From NCBI GenBank assembly GCA_944358415.1, contig CALVRA010000001.1, positions 33,920 to 97,919 on the forward strand: 64,000 bases of DNA, read 5' to 3'. Both the position numbers and the translations under genes were made by a program. The stretch is from an uncultured Bacilli bacterium (GTDB lineage Bacteria; Bacillota_I; Bacilli_A; RF39; UBA660). Positions 38,591 to 48,368 of the stretch are shown piece by piece; the first letter of the stretch is position 1; every line of letters starts with the position of its first letter. The notes beneath the pieces are model-generated. The model was not told the origin of the DNA and searched no databases. It was given only the letters and a program-made list of their open reading frames with translations.

Positions 38591-39673
38591 TTATTTTTGT
38601 GGTAAGGTTATTGTGAACGTAGTTGTTTCATTTTCACTTTCAACAGTTATGTTTCCGTTATGTAATTTTATTATTTCTTTAGCAATTGCAAGGCCTAGGC
38701 CTGAACCACCTAGTTTTGTATTTCTTGAATAGTCTACTCTATAAAATTTTTCAAATAGTTGATCTAACTGCTTTTTAGTTAGGGTTTTACTTTTATTAGA
38801 TACGGTTATAATTAGATTTTCTGTTTCTTTTATTTTTATATTAATTGGACTATTTTCATAGCTATAGTTAATGGCGTTTTTGATTAGATTATTAAAGACT
38901 CTAGCCATTTGAATGGAATCGGCTTTTATGAAAATATCTTTTTGAGTTTGAAAGTTTATTTTTTTCTTGTTTTCTTTTAATATTGGATAGAATTCATCTA
39001 TTACTTGATTTATCAATAAAGTTAAGTTTATTTTTTCTTTTTTAAGGGTTATTGTTTCGGAGTTATATTTAGTTATTTCAAATAGTTCATTTATGAGCGT
39101 TTCTAATTTATTTGATTTTTCTAAAGCTATTTTAATGAATTTATTTTTTTGTTTATTACTTAAGTTTTTTTCTTCATCTAATAAGGAAAGATAACCGATG
39201 ATAGAGGTTAGGGGAGTTTTTAAGTCATGAGCTAGATAGACAATTAAATCATTTTTCTTTTGTTCATTTTCTTTGGCTAATTTTTCATTAAATAAGGCTT
39301 CTTTTTTTATTTGGTTCATGGTTTCTTCGGCTTCTTTTAATTCATCTGGTAATATTATTTTATCATCTGTTTTAGTTATTAGTTTTTTACTTTCTGAAAC
39401 TAAGGCATCAATATAAGAAAGCGATTTCATTAAGGTTATACTAAATATTATTATAAAGCCTATAAACCAGAAAATTAGAAGAAAAAAACCTTGATAAAAT
39501 ATACCTGTTAGAAAAATATACAAAGGATCATCTGGATACCAAGTTATGCTTGCACACAATTTTCTTCCTATTATATAGAAAATGATGAAGCAAAGTGTAT
39601 ATAATATTGTTATTTTAAATAGTCTTTTTAAGAATTTAAATGTTAGATCTTTACCATATTTATTTGTTTTCAT
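38591..39673 (-). CDS. sensor histidine kinase (VanS-like, two TM helices)
   Basis: H-box YLAHDLKTPLTSIIGY. N and G boxes (NLIKNAINYS, GGSGLGLAIAKEI). Confidence 0.85.
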   Translation of the reverse strand: MKTNKYGKDLTFKFLKRLFKITILYTLCFIIFYIIGRKLCASITWYPDDPLYIFLTGIFYQGFFLLIFWFIGFIIIFSITLMKSLSYIDALVSESKKLITKTDDKIILPDELKEAEETMNQIKKEALFNEKLAKENEQKKNDLIVYLAHDLKTPLTSIIGYLSLLDEEKNLSNKQKNKFIKIALEKSNKLETLINELFEITKYNSETITLKKEKINLTLLINQVIDEFYPILKENKKKINFQTQKDIFIKADSIQMARVFNNLIKNAINYSYENSPINIKIKETENLIITVSNKSKTLTKKQLDQLFEKFYRVDYSRNTKLGGSGLGLAIAKEIIKLHNGNITVESENETTTFTITLPQK

Positions 39674-39766
39674 ATTTATATCTCCATTTTACTAATTTTT
39701 TTAGAGGCTGAGCCGGTTAAGTTTTATTTATTCATGAATGTGAATGAGGTAGGTGATTATCTGATA

Positions 39767-40450
39767 TTATTTTTCTATTTTGTAACCCACACCCCAAATG
39801 GTATTTATATATTTATTTTTTTCGGTTTCGTTTAATTTTTCTCTTAGGTGACGAATGTGAACCATAAGCGTGGCAGAAGATGATTGATAGTAAGGTTCGT
39901 TCCATATTTTTTCATATAATTCTTCGGTGGTTACTACTTTATTTTCATTTTGAGCTAGATGGTAGAGGATAGAAAATTCGGTTGGGGTAAGATTTATTTT
40001 TTGATTATTTTTTAAACATTCGTGTTTATCTTTATCTAAAACTAAGTCTTTAATGGCAATTATTTTATTTTGGTTTTGATTATAGCTTATATATCTTCTT
40101 AATTGAGCTTTGACTCTAGCTAAGAGTTCGAGGGGCATGAATGGTTTGGTTATATAATCATCGGCTCCTATATTTAAGCCTTTTATTTTATCGGCATCAG
40201 TTATTTTTGCGGTAAGCATGATGATGGGAAAGTTATGTTTTTTTCTTATGGTTTGGCACAAGGTAAAGCCATCTATTTCTGGCATCATAATGTCTAAAAT
40301 GGCAAGGTCTATTTTTCTTTTTTTGATTATTTCTAAGGCTTTTTTAGGTGTATAACATTTATATACATTATAGTTTTCGTTTTTTAAATATAATTCAATT
40401 AAATCAGCTATTTCGATTTCATCATCAACAACTAGTATATTCATTTTCAT
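39767..40450 (-). CDS. OmpR-family response regulator (VanR-like)
   Basis: Receiver domain (ILVVDDE, DLAILDIMMP) plus a winged-helix output domain (TIWGVGYK). Confidence 0.9.
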   Translation of the reverse strand: MKMNILVVDDEIEIADLIELYLKNENYNVYKCYTPKKALEIIKKRKIDLAILDIMMPEIDGFTLCQTIRKKHNFPIIMLTAKITDADKIKGLNIGADDYITKPFMPLELLARVKAQLRRYISYNQNQNKIIAIKDLVLDKDKHECLKNNQKINLTPTEFSILYHLAQNENKVVTTEELYEKIWNEPYYQSSSATLMVHIRHLREKLNETEKNKYINTIWGVGYKIEK

Positions 40451-41094
40451 CCTCCTAGGTATTCTTCTAAAGTAATATTTTGATTTGTTATTTCTTTTGC
40501 GGCCTTTTTACCGACGTAGCGGTAGTGCCAGGGCTCATAGTTTATTTTGGTTATTTCATATTTATCTTTTGGATACCTTAAAATAAAACCATATTTATAG
40601 GCATTATTTTTTAGCCAGTTCCACATTTTTTCATTTTCATCATAATGCCCTTGGTTACTAAAGTCAATAGCAAGTCCTGTTTCATGTTCAGAGTAACCTG
40701 GTATTTGAACTGTTAGGTATGTCATTTTATAAGCTTTTTCTTTATTATATCCTTCATTTATATATTGATTTACTTGTTCGTTAAATATTTCTGTTTGTTT
40801 TTCTTTGGAACGGTAAGCATTATTTATTTTTAAGGTTATGTTACTATTTAGGGCAGCATTATACATATCTTTTAAATCATTATATATTGTATCAGCTACT
40901 TTATTATTTTGAAATGTTACTAAGTTTAAGCTTATATTATCTGGAAAGGCATTTTCACTATTAACTAATATTAAGGGATCTATTTCACTGATTGGATTTA
41001 CTGATGAATAGACATAAGGTTTTTGAAGATAGTAAACTAGATATATAAGTAGGATACTGATAATTATTATTAAAATTTTTTTCATTAATATCAC
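40447..41094 (-). CDS. M15B D-alanyl-D-alanine carboxypeptidase (VanY-like), membrane-anchored
   Basis: SEHETGLAIDF and EPWHYRYVG zinc-ligand motifs. N-terminal TM helix. 4-nt overlap with the response regulator gene. Confidence 0.8.
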   Translation of the reverse strand: MILMKKILIIIISILLIYLVYYLQKPYVYSSVNPISEIDPLILVNSENAFPDNISLNLVTFQNNKVADTIYNDLKDMYNAALNSNITLKINNAYRSKEKQTEIFNEQVNQYINEGYNKEKAYKMTYLTVQIPGYSEHETGLAIDFSNQGHYDENEKMWNWLKNNAYKYGFILRYPKDKYEITKINYEPWHYRYVGKKAAKEITNQNITLEEYLGG

Positions 41095-41189
41095 CTCTAG
41101 GGCAATATTAATATATTCTGGTTTGATTATAAACTTTTTTAATTAATAATTAAGGTATTTTAAGAAAATATTAAGAAAAAAGATGAGGT

Positions 41190-41894
41190 TTAAAAGCCCC
41201 ATCTTTGTACGCTATATTTGACGTTAGAACTTGTGGATAGATGAATGGCTGGATCAGTTTCTGTTTCGTAGGCAAGGTCGATAAGGACTGTGCCTCTGTT
41301 CCAAGCGTTTTGCATTGCTCCACCAGTATCTAATACAATAGCGTTAAAGGTGCCTAGGTTTGGATTATCTACTTTGATAATTGTTCCACAAGGAAATTTA
41401 TCTAAAGCAGCAGCTATTATTCTAACTTCGCCAAATTCATCATCAATGTAGGTCATACCATCATTTGTTAGACTATGGTAAGAGCCAGTTTTGGTTTTAC
41501 AAGCTAGAGTTCCGTTTCCAGAGCACCCTATGCAGTCAGCACCATAACCTGTCATTTTTCCTACGTAATCGGCTTTATCACCAGTTCCAATTTCGATTTC
41601 TGCATTTTTTGGACTTTCAATGATTTGTTCGTTATTTTCTTCATCGATATAAGCAAGTCCGTTATGCCCCTTTTCCTTTGTGATAGTTACGCCTGTAGGA
41701 ATTTTTTTATTATAGGTTTTGACTGTATCATATTCTATAACTTTAGTTAAAGCTACAGAATTTTTTGTCTGGTTTAAATTTTTTACTTCAAATTTCGTTT
41801 CTGAAAATAGGTTACCAGATGTAATTATTCCTGTGATAGTTAGGATACTTATTAATAGAGGTATGCCTAAATATCTCAGGGGATATTTTTTCAT
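41190..41894 (-). CDS. G5 and 3D domain cell-wall protein (YabE-like)
   Basis: G5-like segment, then a 3D domain (MTGYGADC..GRIIAA..CGTIIKV..AIVLDTGGAM). Next to tatD, as in B. subtilis yabD-yabE. Confidence 0.7.
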   Translation of the reverse strand: MKKYPLRYLGIPLLISILTITGIITSGNLFSETKFEVKNLNQTKNSVALTKVIEYDTVKTYNKKIPTGVTITKEKGHNGLAYIDEENNEQIIESPKNAEIEIGTGDKADYVGKMTGYGADCIGCSGNGTLACKTKTGSYHSLTNDGMTYIDDEFGEVRIIAAALDKFPCGTIIKVDNPNLGTFNAIVLDTGGAMQNAWNRGTVLIDLAYETETDPAIHLSTSSNVKYSVQRWGF

Positions 41895-41941
41895 ATTTCA
41901 CCTCATATTTCAAAATTGAAACCATTTAAAGTATACCATAT

Positions 41942-42700
41942 TTATAGTTTTAAGTCAAATTGTCTAATAGCTGTTTGGCTTGTAATTTCAACGATTTTTG
42001 CGTATTTTATACCCGTTAATTGGGATATTTTGGCAGCTACTAATTGGACGTTTTTAGGTTCGTTTTTTTTGCCTCTTAGAGGTTCTGGTGTAAGGTATGG
42101 ACTATCGGTTTCTAAGACAAAGTTATGAATGTCTAGGGTGGTTACTATTTCCTTTAATTTTTTTTCGTTTTTAAAGGTTAGAACACCTCCTATGCCTAGA
42201 GTTACACCTAAATTCACAAATCTTTCTGCCATTTCAAGGCTACCACTAAAACAATGCATATTACATTTTGTTTTTTTGTTTTTATACTGCTTTATTATAT
42301 TATATGTATCTTCTATAGCATCTCTACTATGTATGACTATGGTTTTTTTATATTTATTAGCAAGTTTTATTTGTTTTATGAATAATTCTTTTTGTTTTTC
42401 TTTATTTTCTTTAGTATAATGGTAGTCTAAACCAATTTCACCAATACCTACTATTTTAGGATGGGTTAAATATTTTTCTATTTTGTTTAAGTCGTCAATA
42501 GTGTAGGTATTAGCAAATTCTGGATGAATACCGATAGTACCATAGATATTTTTATGTTTTTCACAAAGGTCTATTACTTCTTTTATATCTTTTGGACTAG
42601 CGGTACTTACTATCATTATATTATTTTCCATGTGTTTTATGATTTCTTCTTTATTTTCGTAATCTTCATCACTTATGTGACAGTGGGTATCTATTAACAT
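41942..42700 (-). CDS. tatD: TatD-family metal-dependent hydrolase
   Basis: MLIDTHCH, GEIGLDY, VIHSRDA and ETDSPYL motifs. Confidence 0.9.
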   Translation of the reverse strand: MLIDTHCHISDEDYENKEEIIKHMENNIMIVSTASPKDIKEVIDLCEKHKNIYGTIGIHPEFANTYTIDDLNKIEKYLTHPKIVGIGEIGLDYHYTKENKEKQKELFIKQIKLANKYKKTIVIHSRDAIEDTYNIIKQYKNKKTKCNMHCFSGSLEMAERFVNLGVTLGIGGVLTFKNEKKLKEIVTTLDIHNFVLETDSPYLTPEPLRGKKNEPKNVQLVAAKISQLTGIKYAKIVEITSQTAIRQFDLKL

Positions 42701-42748
42701 TTTTCATCACCTTTTTTATTATATCATTTTAAGAGAAAAAAGACCTAT

Positions 42749-42922
42749 TTAAAGGTCATTTTTGTGTTCAATTTTCTTGATATAGATAAATCTGATGAAG
42801 CAGGCAATTATAAATAACAAATAGGCGAGGTCTAGGTAGTTAAATTTATTTATAATACTCATGGTCAAGTAAATTATTATTAAAACAAACATCACACCGA
42901 TTCCATTAATATGTTTGTTCAT
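42749..42922 (-). CDS. possible 57-aa two-TM membrane peptide
   Basis: ORF below the track's size cutoff (MNKHINGIGVMFVLIIIYL...). Ends in a hairpin (GACCT/AGGTC) plus a T-run. No homology evidence. Confidence 0.3.
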   Translation of the reverse strand: MNKHINGIGVMFVLIIIYLTMSIINKFNYLDLAYLLFIIACFIRFIYIKKIEHKNDL

Positions 42923-43027
42923 TTTATTCCCTCTCTATTTATTCGTCCTATTTAAGGATAACATAATGTATATTGTATGGGCAAGAGGAATTTGTGGAAA
43001 GATGACGACAATTTACAACAATTTACG

Positions 43028-44587
43028 TTAGTTAGGTAATTTTTTTGAAAATTCATTTTTATCAATTCTGGCAAATAGTATTTCTGGTTTATTTAAAATA
43101 ATACCTGAATCCATACCATCAAATGTTTTTGTAGAAAGTGCGGAACGATTTTGGGTATTTAATTGTTTGAATATTTTATCTGCTGTTTCTGGTAAGAAAG
43201 CAGATAGATAGACAGCAGATATTCTTATGCTTTCAAGTAGGTTATATAAAACCGTTTTTAATCTTTCTTGTTTTGTTTCATCTTTAGCTAAAATCCAAGG
43301 GGTAGTTTCATCGATATATTTATTACTTTTTCTTGAAAGTTCGATTATTTCTTCTAAGGCTTCGGCTACTTTGAATTTACTCATTTTATCTTCGATTCTC
43401 TCACCTAGAGTTTTCGCACTTTCAATTAGATCACTATCTATTTCTTCTAGTTTTTCTGGTTTAAAAACTTCACCATTAAAATATTTATGGGTCATACTTA
43501 CTGTTCTATTGACTAAGTTACCTAATGTGTTTGCGAGGTCAGCGTTTATTCTATCAATGATTAGGTCATAACTGATGTTACCATCATGGCCATAAGGGAT
43601 TTCGTGAAGTGTATAGTATCTTATGGCATCGGTTCCAAATAGGTTAGCTAGTTCATCGGCATATAAAACATTACCTTTTGATTTACTCATTTTATCGCTA
43701 TCAGCTGATAGTATCCAAGGGTGGCCAAAGATATGTTTTGGCATTGGTAAGTTTAAAGCTTTAAGTATTACTGGCCAATATATGGTATGAAATCTTAGAA
43801 TATCTTTACCGATGATATGAACATCAGCAGGCCAATATTTTTGAAACTGCTCTGATGGTTTATCTGGGTCATAGCCTAGGAAAGTAATATAGTTTGTTAG
43901 GGCATCTAACCAAACATAGATAACGTGTTTTTGATCAAATGGAACTTTTACTCCCCAGTCAAATGAGGTTCTTGAGATACACAAATCTTCGACGCCTGGC
44001 TTTATAAAGTTATTTACGATTTCATTTTTTCTATTTTCTGGAATGATAAAATCAGGGTGCGTTTCGATATATTCTTCTAGCCATTTATTATATTTACTTA
44101 GGTTTAAGAAATAGGCTTCTTCTTCTGTTTTGTGAACTTCTCTTCCACAGTCTGGACATTTTCCATTTATTAACTGTTTGTCAGTGAAGAATGACTCACA
44201 AGGTGTACAGTATAAGCCTTCATATTTTCCTTTATAGATGTCACCTTGGTCATATAATTTTTGAAAGATTTTAGCGACTATTTCTTTATGATGTGGGTTT
44301 GTTGTTCTAACAAATTTATCATAGCTTATATTCATGATGTCATCAATTCTTCTTACTTCAAGAGCAATTTCATCAACATATTCTTGTTCAGTTTTACCTG
44401 CTTCTTTAGCTTTATTTTGAACTTTTTCGCCGTGCTCGTCAGTTCCAGTTGTGAATATGACATCATAGCCCATTAGTCTTTTGTATCTTGCTATGGCATC
44501 TGTTAATATTCCTTCATAAGTGTTTCCTATATGTGGTTTGCTTGATGCGTAAAATATTGATGTTGTTATATAAAATTTTGGGTTCAT
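43028..44587 (-). CDS. metG: methionine--tRNA ligase (short form)
   Basis: HIGN (HIGH-type) and KMSKS motifs. CPDCG zinc knuckle. Confidence 0.95.
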   Translation of the reverse strand: MNPKFYITTSIFYASSKPHIGNTYEGILTDAIARYKRLMGYDVIFTTGTDEHGEKVQNKAKEAGKTEQEYVDEIALEVRRIDDIMNISYDKFVRTTNPHHKEIVAKIFQKLYDQGDIYKGKYEGLYCTPCESFFTDKQLINGKCPDCGREVHKTEEEAYFLNLSKYNKWLEEYIETHPDFIIPENRKNEIVNNFIKPGVEDLCISRTSFDWGVKVPFDQKHVIYVWLDALTNYITFLGYDPDKPSEQFQKYWPADVHIIGKDILRFHTIYWPVILKALNLPMPKHIFGHPWILSADSDKMSKSKGNVLYADELANLFGTDAIRYYTLHEIPYGHDGNISYDLIIDRINADLANTLGNLVNRTVSMTHKYFNGEVFKPEKLEEIDSDLIESAKTLGERIEDKMSKFKVAEALEEIIELSRKSNKYIDETTPWILAKDETKQERLKTVLYNLLESIRISAVYLSAFLPETADKIFKQLNTQNRSALSTKTFDGMDSGIILNKPEILFARIDKNEFSKKLPN

Positions 44588-44588
44588 T

Positions 44589-45068
44589 TTAATTCCTCCT
44601 TGTACTTCCTATACCGCCAGTGCGGTTTTCTTTTATTTCTATTTCGTTATCGGTAGTTAAATATTTAATAAAAATTCCTTGGGCAAATCTATCATTTGCT
44701 TTCATATTTATGGTTTTATTTCCTTCGTTTTGAACAGCTATAAAAATATGACCTTCGTTATTTTCATTATTATAGTAATCGCTATCTATTATGCCAGTTT
44801 GGTTACATAATCTTAGGTTATATTTAAATCCTAAGCTACTTCTTATGTGCAGCATTAATACTTCGTCATCATTCATTTTGGCTTTTATGCCGGTGGGAAT
44901 TTTTTTGATTTCATTTGGTTTTAAGGTTAAATCTTCTAATATATGAAAGTCATATCCGGCACTATTTTTTGTAGCTCTTTGTGGAAGGGTTATTTCATTA
45001 TATTCTTTTTTTGTTAGGTTTGTATCCTTGATGAACTGATTTAAAGATATTTTTTCAAATTTTCGCAT
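44589..45068 (-). CDS. dut: dUTP diphosphatase (trimeric dUTPase family)
   Basis: SAGYDF, RSSLGFK, GIIDSDY and C-terminal RTGGIGST motifs. Confidence 0.8.
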   Translation of the reverse strand: MRKFEKISLNQFIKDTNLTKKEYNEITLPQRATKNSAGYDFHILEDLTLKPNEIKKIPTGIKAKMNDDEVLMLHIRSSLGFKYNLRLCNQTGIIDSDYYNNENNEGHIFIAVQNEGNKTINMKANDRFAQGIFIKYLTTDNEIEIKENRTGGIGSTRRN

Positions 45069-45079
45069 ATTTCCTCCTT

Positions 45080-45300
45080 TAAATAAAAAAACATCCTTAG
45101 GATAAGGACGTTTATGAGCGTGGTACCACCTTAATTCGTAAGATTTTCTTACCTTTGAACATATAACGGTGTTTACCGCTTTAGCTTAAATATCGGCTAA
45201 AGTGCTTAGGAGCCATTTAGAGTAGTCACCTTGTTTATTTCCACCAACCATAAACTCTCTATAAAGTTACCTACTTTTCTTTCCTTCACAGCATTTATGG
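45080..45300 (-). promoter_or_regulatory. T-box riboswitch leader (probable Met specifier AUG)
   Basis: Minus strand reads AATTAAGGTGGTACCACGC (T-box consensus) at 45118-45136, followed by a terminator hairpin plus U-run. Stem I begins with an AGAGAG motif. AAAUGG specifier candidate at 45214-45216. Confidence 0.8.
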
Positions 45301-45322
45301 GTACATTATAGCATGTTTAATT

Positions 45323-45847
45323 TTAGTTTTCAATATGTTTGGCTAAAATATTTGATAGGATATTTATGTTGTTTACTGTTTGATTATTTATTTCTTTATT
45401 TGTAATTAATATTATCGCACCTAAAGCATCACCTGATGAAATAATTGGAGAAATAATTATATTTCCTTTTTCTTTTTCGGTTTTGGTTAAGTTTATTGTT
45501 TCATTATTTAGTGAAATGATTTTTCTATTATTAATATATTTTAATACGGTTTCGCTGATTTCTTTTGTTAGATATTTAGTTTTTAAATTACCAGATATAC
45601 TTATGAATTTATCGGTATCAGATATTAATATATTGGCTTTTAATGTTTGATTTAATGTTTCGGCAATAGTGTCACTTAGTTCTTTAATGTTACCAAGTTC
45701 TGAGTATTTTTTTAAAATTATGTTACCATCATTTATGAATATTTCTAAGTTTTCACCATTTTTGATGTGCAGTGTTTTTCTTATTTCTTTGGGAATTACT
45801 ATTCTTCCAAGTTCATCTATTCTTCTTACGATTCCAGCTAATTTCAT
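45323..45847 (-). CDS. spoVT: stage V sporulation protein T (AbrB-family regulator)
   Basis: SpoVT/AbrB swapped-hairpin N-terminus GIVRRIDELGRIVIPKEIRKTL plus a GAF-like C-terminal domain. Confidence 0.85.
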   Translation of the reverse strand: MKLAGIVRRIDELGRIVIPKEIRKTLHIKNGENLEIFINDGNIILKKYSELGNIKELSDTIAETLNQTLKANILISDTDKFISISGNLKTKYLTKEISETVLKYINNRKIISLNNETINLTKTEKEKGNIIISPIISSGDALGAIILITNKEINNQTVNNINILSNILAKHIEN

Positions 45848-45952
45848 TTTTTTCCCTCTTTCTAGGTGTTAGTATGGACTTAAATAAGTTATTTATACTT
45901 TAAATATAAAGAAAAAAATGTTATAATTTACGTTGTAAGGAGGAGATTTAAC

Positions 45953-47572
45953 TTGAGTAAAATTTTAATTTTTGGACATCAAAAACCTGATACTGATAGT
46001 GTGACATCAGCTTTAGTTTTATCTTATTTAAAAAACCAATTAGGAATGGATACTGAGCCTAGAGTTTTGGGTGATATTAATAGTGAAACAGAGTTTGTTT
46101 TAGATTATTTTAAGTTTGATAGACCTAAGTTTTTAAATGATGTAAGACTACAGGTTAAAGATGTTGATTATACTAAAGGGTGCTTTTTAAAGGAAAATGA
46201 TTCTATTTATAAAGCTTATAAGTACATGAATGAAACTAGTATTGGAACAATTCCGGTTATTGATAATGATGGCTTTTATAAAGGTGCGGTTTCGATGAAG
46301 GATGTCGCAAGTAATTTGATTAATAATGATTTAAGAAAAATTAATACGTCTTACGACAATTTACTTGAGGCATTAAGTGGTAAAGAAGTTTTAAGATTTG
46401 ACAAGGAAATACGCGGAAATATAATTTCACCAAGTTATAGAAGTACGACTTTTAAAGAAAATATCAAGATAGATAAGGAAAGTGTTTTAATTACTGGTGA
46501 TAGACACAGTATTATTGAGTATGCGGTTGAAAATAGCGCATCAATTATTATTTTAACTAATGGAGTTAAAATGAAGAAGGAGCACTTAGAGATAGCTAAG
46601 AAAAATCATGTGGATGTTATTAGTACTAAGCATGATGGCTTAACGACTGCGAATTTGGTTGTTTTAAGTAATTATGTTAAAGAAAAAATGAAAACTAAGG
46701 ATATTGTTTATATTAATGAAAATGATATTTTAGGTGAAGTTTTAGATTTAGCTAATAAGAAAAAATACAGTAATTATCCAGTTGTGGATAATGAAGGTAA
46801 GTGTTTAGGAGTATTTAGAGTTAGTATGGCTTATAGCCGTCATCCTAAACAAGTTATTTTAGTTGACCATAATGAGAAAGAGCAGAGTGTGATTGGTTTA
46901 GATGAAGCGTTGATTACAGAGATTGTTGACCATCACAAAATTGGTAATATTGGTACAAATATTCCGATTAATTTTAGAAATATGCCTTTAGGATGTACTG
47001 AAACTATTTTATATTTAATGTTTAAGGAACATAATATTAAAATTCCTAAGAAGTATGCAGGTTTAATGATGTCAGGTATTATTTCTGATACACTACTTTT
47101 AACATCACCTACAACTACTGAGGTTGATAAGGAAGCTTTGGAGGAACTTTCTAAGATTGCAGGAGTAAACTTTAGAGAGTATGGTATGGAAATGTTTAAG
47201 GCTGGATCATCTATGAAAGGTAAAAGTATTTCTGAGATTATTCATGGTGATTTTAAAAATTTTACTGTGGATAATCAAAAGGTTGGTATTGGTCAAGTTT
47301 CTACTATGAGTACTGAGGAAATTATGAATATGCAAGATGAGTTTATTAAGGAACTTAATGCTGATGCGGATGATGAAGGTTATACTGCTATTGCTTTATT
47401 TGTTACAGATATACTTAAAAATGGTTCTTATATTTTATTTAATGATAAGGCAAAAGAGATATTTTCAAATTCATTTGGCGTTGAAGATATTAAGCAAGGA
47501 CATTTCTTTGAGGGAATGGTTTCACGTAAGAAACAAATTGTTCCAAAACTTATGAATTATATGGATAATTAA
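45953..47572 (+). CDS. ppaC: family II (Mn-dependent) inorganic pyrophosphatase with a CBS-domain insert
   Basis: DHH N-terminus (GHQKPDTDS, VDHNE), a central CBS pair, DHHA2 C-terminus. TTG start with an AGGAGG RBS. Confidence 0.85.
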   Translation: MSKILIFGHQKPDTDSVTSALVLSYLKNQLGMDTEPRVLGDINSETEFVLDYFKFDRPKFLNDVRLQVKDVDYTKGCFLKENDSIYKAYKYMNETSIGTIPVIDNDGFYKGAVSMKDVASNLINNDLRKINTSYDNLLEALSGKEVLRFDKEIRGNIISPSYRSTTFKENIKIDKESVLITGDRHSIIEYAVENSASIIILTNGVKMKKEHLEIAKKNHVDVISTKHDGLTTANLVVLSNYVKEKMKTKDIVYINENDILGEVLDLANKKKYSNYPVVDNEGKCLGVFRVSMAYSRHPKQVILVDHNEKEQSVIGLDEALITEIVDHHKIGNIGTNIPINFRNMPLGCTETILYLMFKEHNIKIPKKYAGLMMSGIISDTLLLTSPTTTEVDKEALEELSKIAGVNFREYGMEMFKAGSSMKGKSISEIIHGDFKNFTVDNQKVGIGQVSTMSTEEIMNMQDEFIKELNADADDEGYTAIALFVTDILKNGSYILFNDKAKEIFSNSFGVEDIKQGHFFEGMVSRKKQIVPKLMNYMDN

Positions 47573-47610
47573 TTTATCCTTTTTTTATAAATAAAAACAA
47601 CCTCTAACTT

Positions 47611-48080
47611 TTAAAGGTTGCTTGAGAGCTTAATTATTTCTTTTTGCTTTAAACCTGTAAGCTTTGACACATCGGCAATATCCATATTTGCTTTTAACAT
47701 ATTGAGTGCTATTTCTTTAGCTTTTTGCGCAAGACCTTGTTTTTTACCTTTTTCTTTGGCATCTTCCATGTCAATTTGTCTTACAAATTCATCAGCTGCT
47801 TCTTTATCGTATACACCAATTTCTTCATTTGCTCCTTCAATACTTTTTCCAAATATCATAAGCATTTAATCTCCTTTTGCTATTTTTCTAATATCTTCTT
47901 TTTTTTCTTAACTGCATTATTACTAAAATCTTCTCAAATCTTGTAAGTTTAACATTACTATACCACTTTTTCAAAGCCAATTCCATATTCACATGAATAG
48001 TTTCATAATTATCATCAGTTATAATTAATCCTTGATTATCCTGCATCTTAGATTTATGAACTAATTTTTTTATCTTACTT
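47611..48080 (-). pseudogene. remnant of an Rpn/YhgA-like (PD-(D/E)XK) recombination-promoting nuclease gene
   Basis: The 84-aa ORF matches only the C-terminal helical tail (EKGKKQGL..IALNMLK..ADVSKLTGL). Upstream fragments (..IHVNMELALKKW..) are in another frame and the nuclease core is missing. Confidence 0.4.
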
Positions 48081-48368
48081 TTTTTAGACGAATATTTTTC
48101 AATATTATGGTATATTAATTACGAATTTGTGGTAAAAATGTCAAAAATTTGGAATGGTTTACAATTTTGGAAACTATTTTTATAAAAATTAAAGATTTTT
48201 TCACAAGACTTATTATTGTTAAAGATAATATTAAAAGATGGCGAGATGATAAAGGTATTGTAATTATGGGAATTACTGATTTTCTTTTAGATGATGATAG
48301 TTTGAATTATTAAAAGCACATAATTTGTTTAGATTATATGTTTTTTAGCAATATAATTGATAGATAAT

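Noticed and set aside
38591-41094. A vancomycin-resistance gene cluster.
   Set aside because: Only VanY-, VanR- and VanS-like components are present. There are no D-Ala-D-Lac/Ser ligase, dehydrogenase or VanX genes in the window.
47618-47946. Plus-strand ORFs 47618-47869 and 47725-47946.
   Set aside because: They overlap the Rpn-like remnant on the opposite strand and have hydrophobic low-complexity translations. No start-site support.
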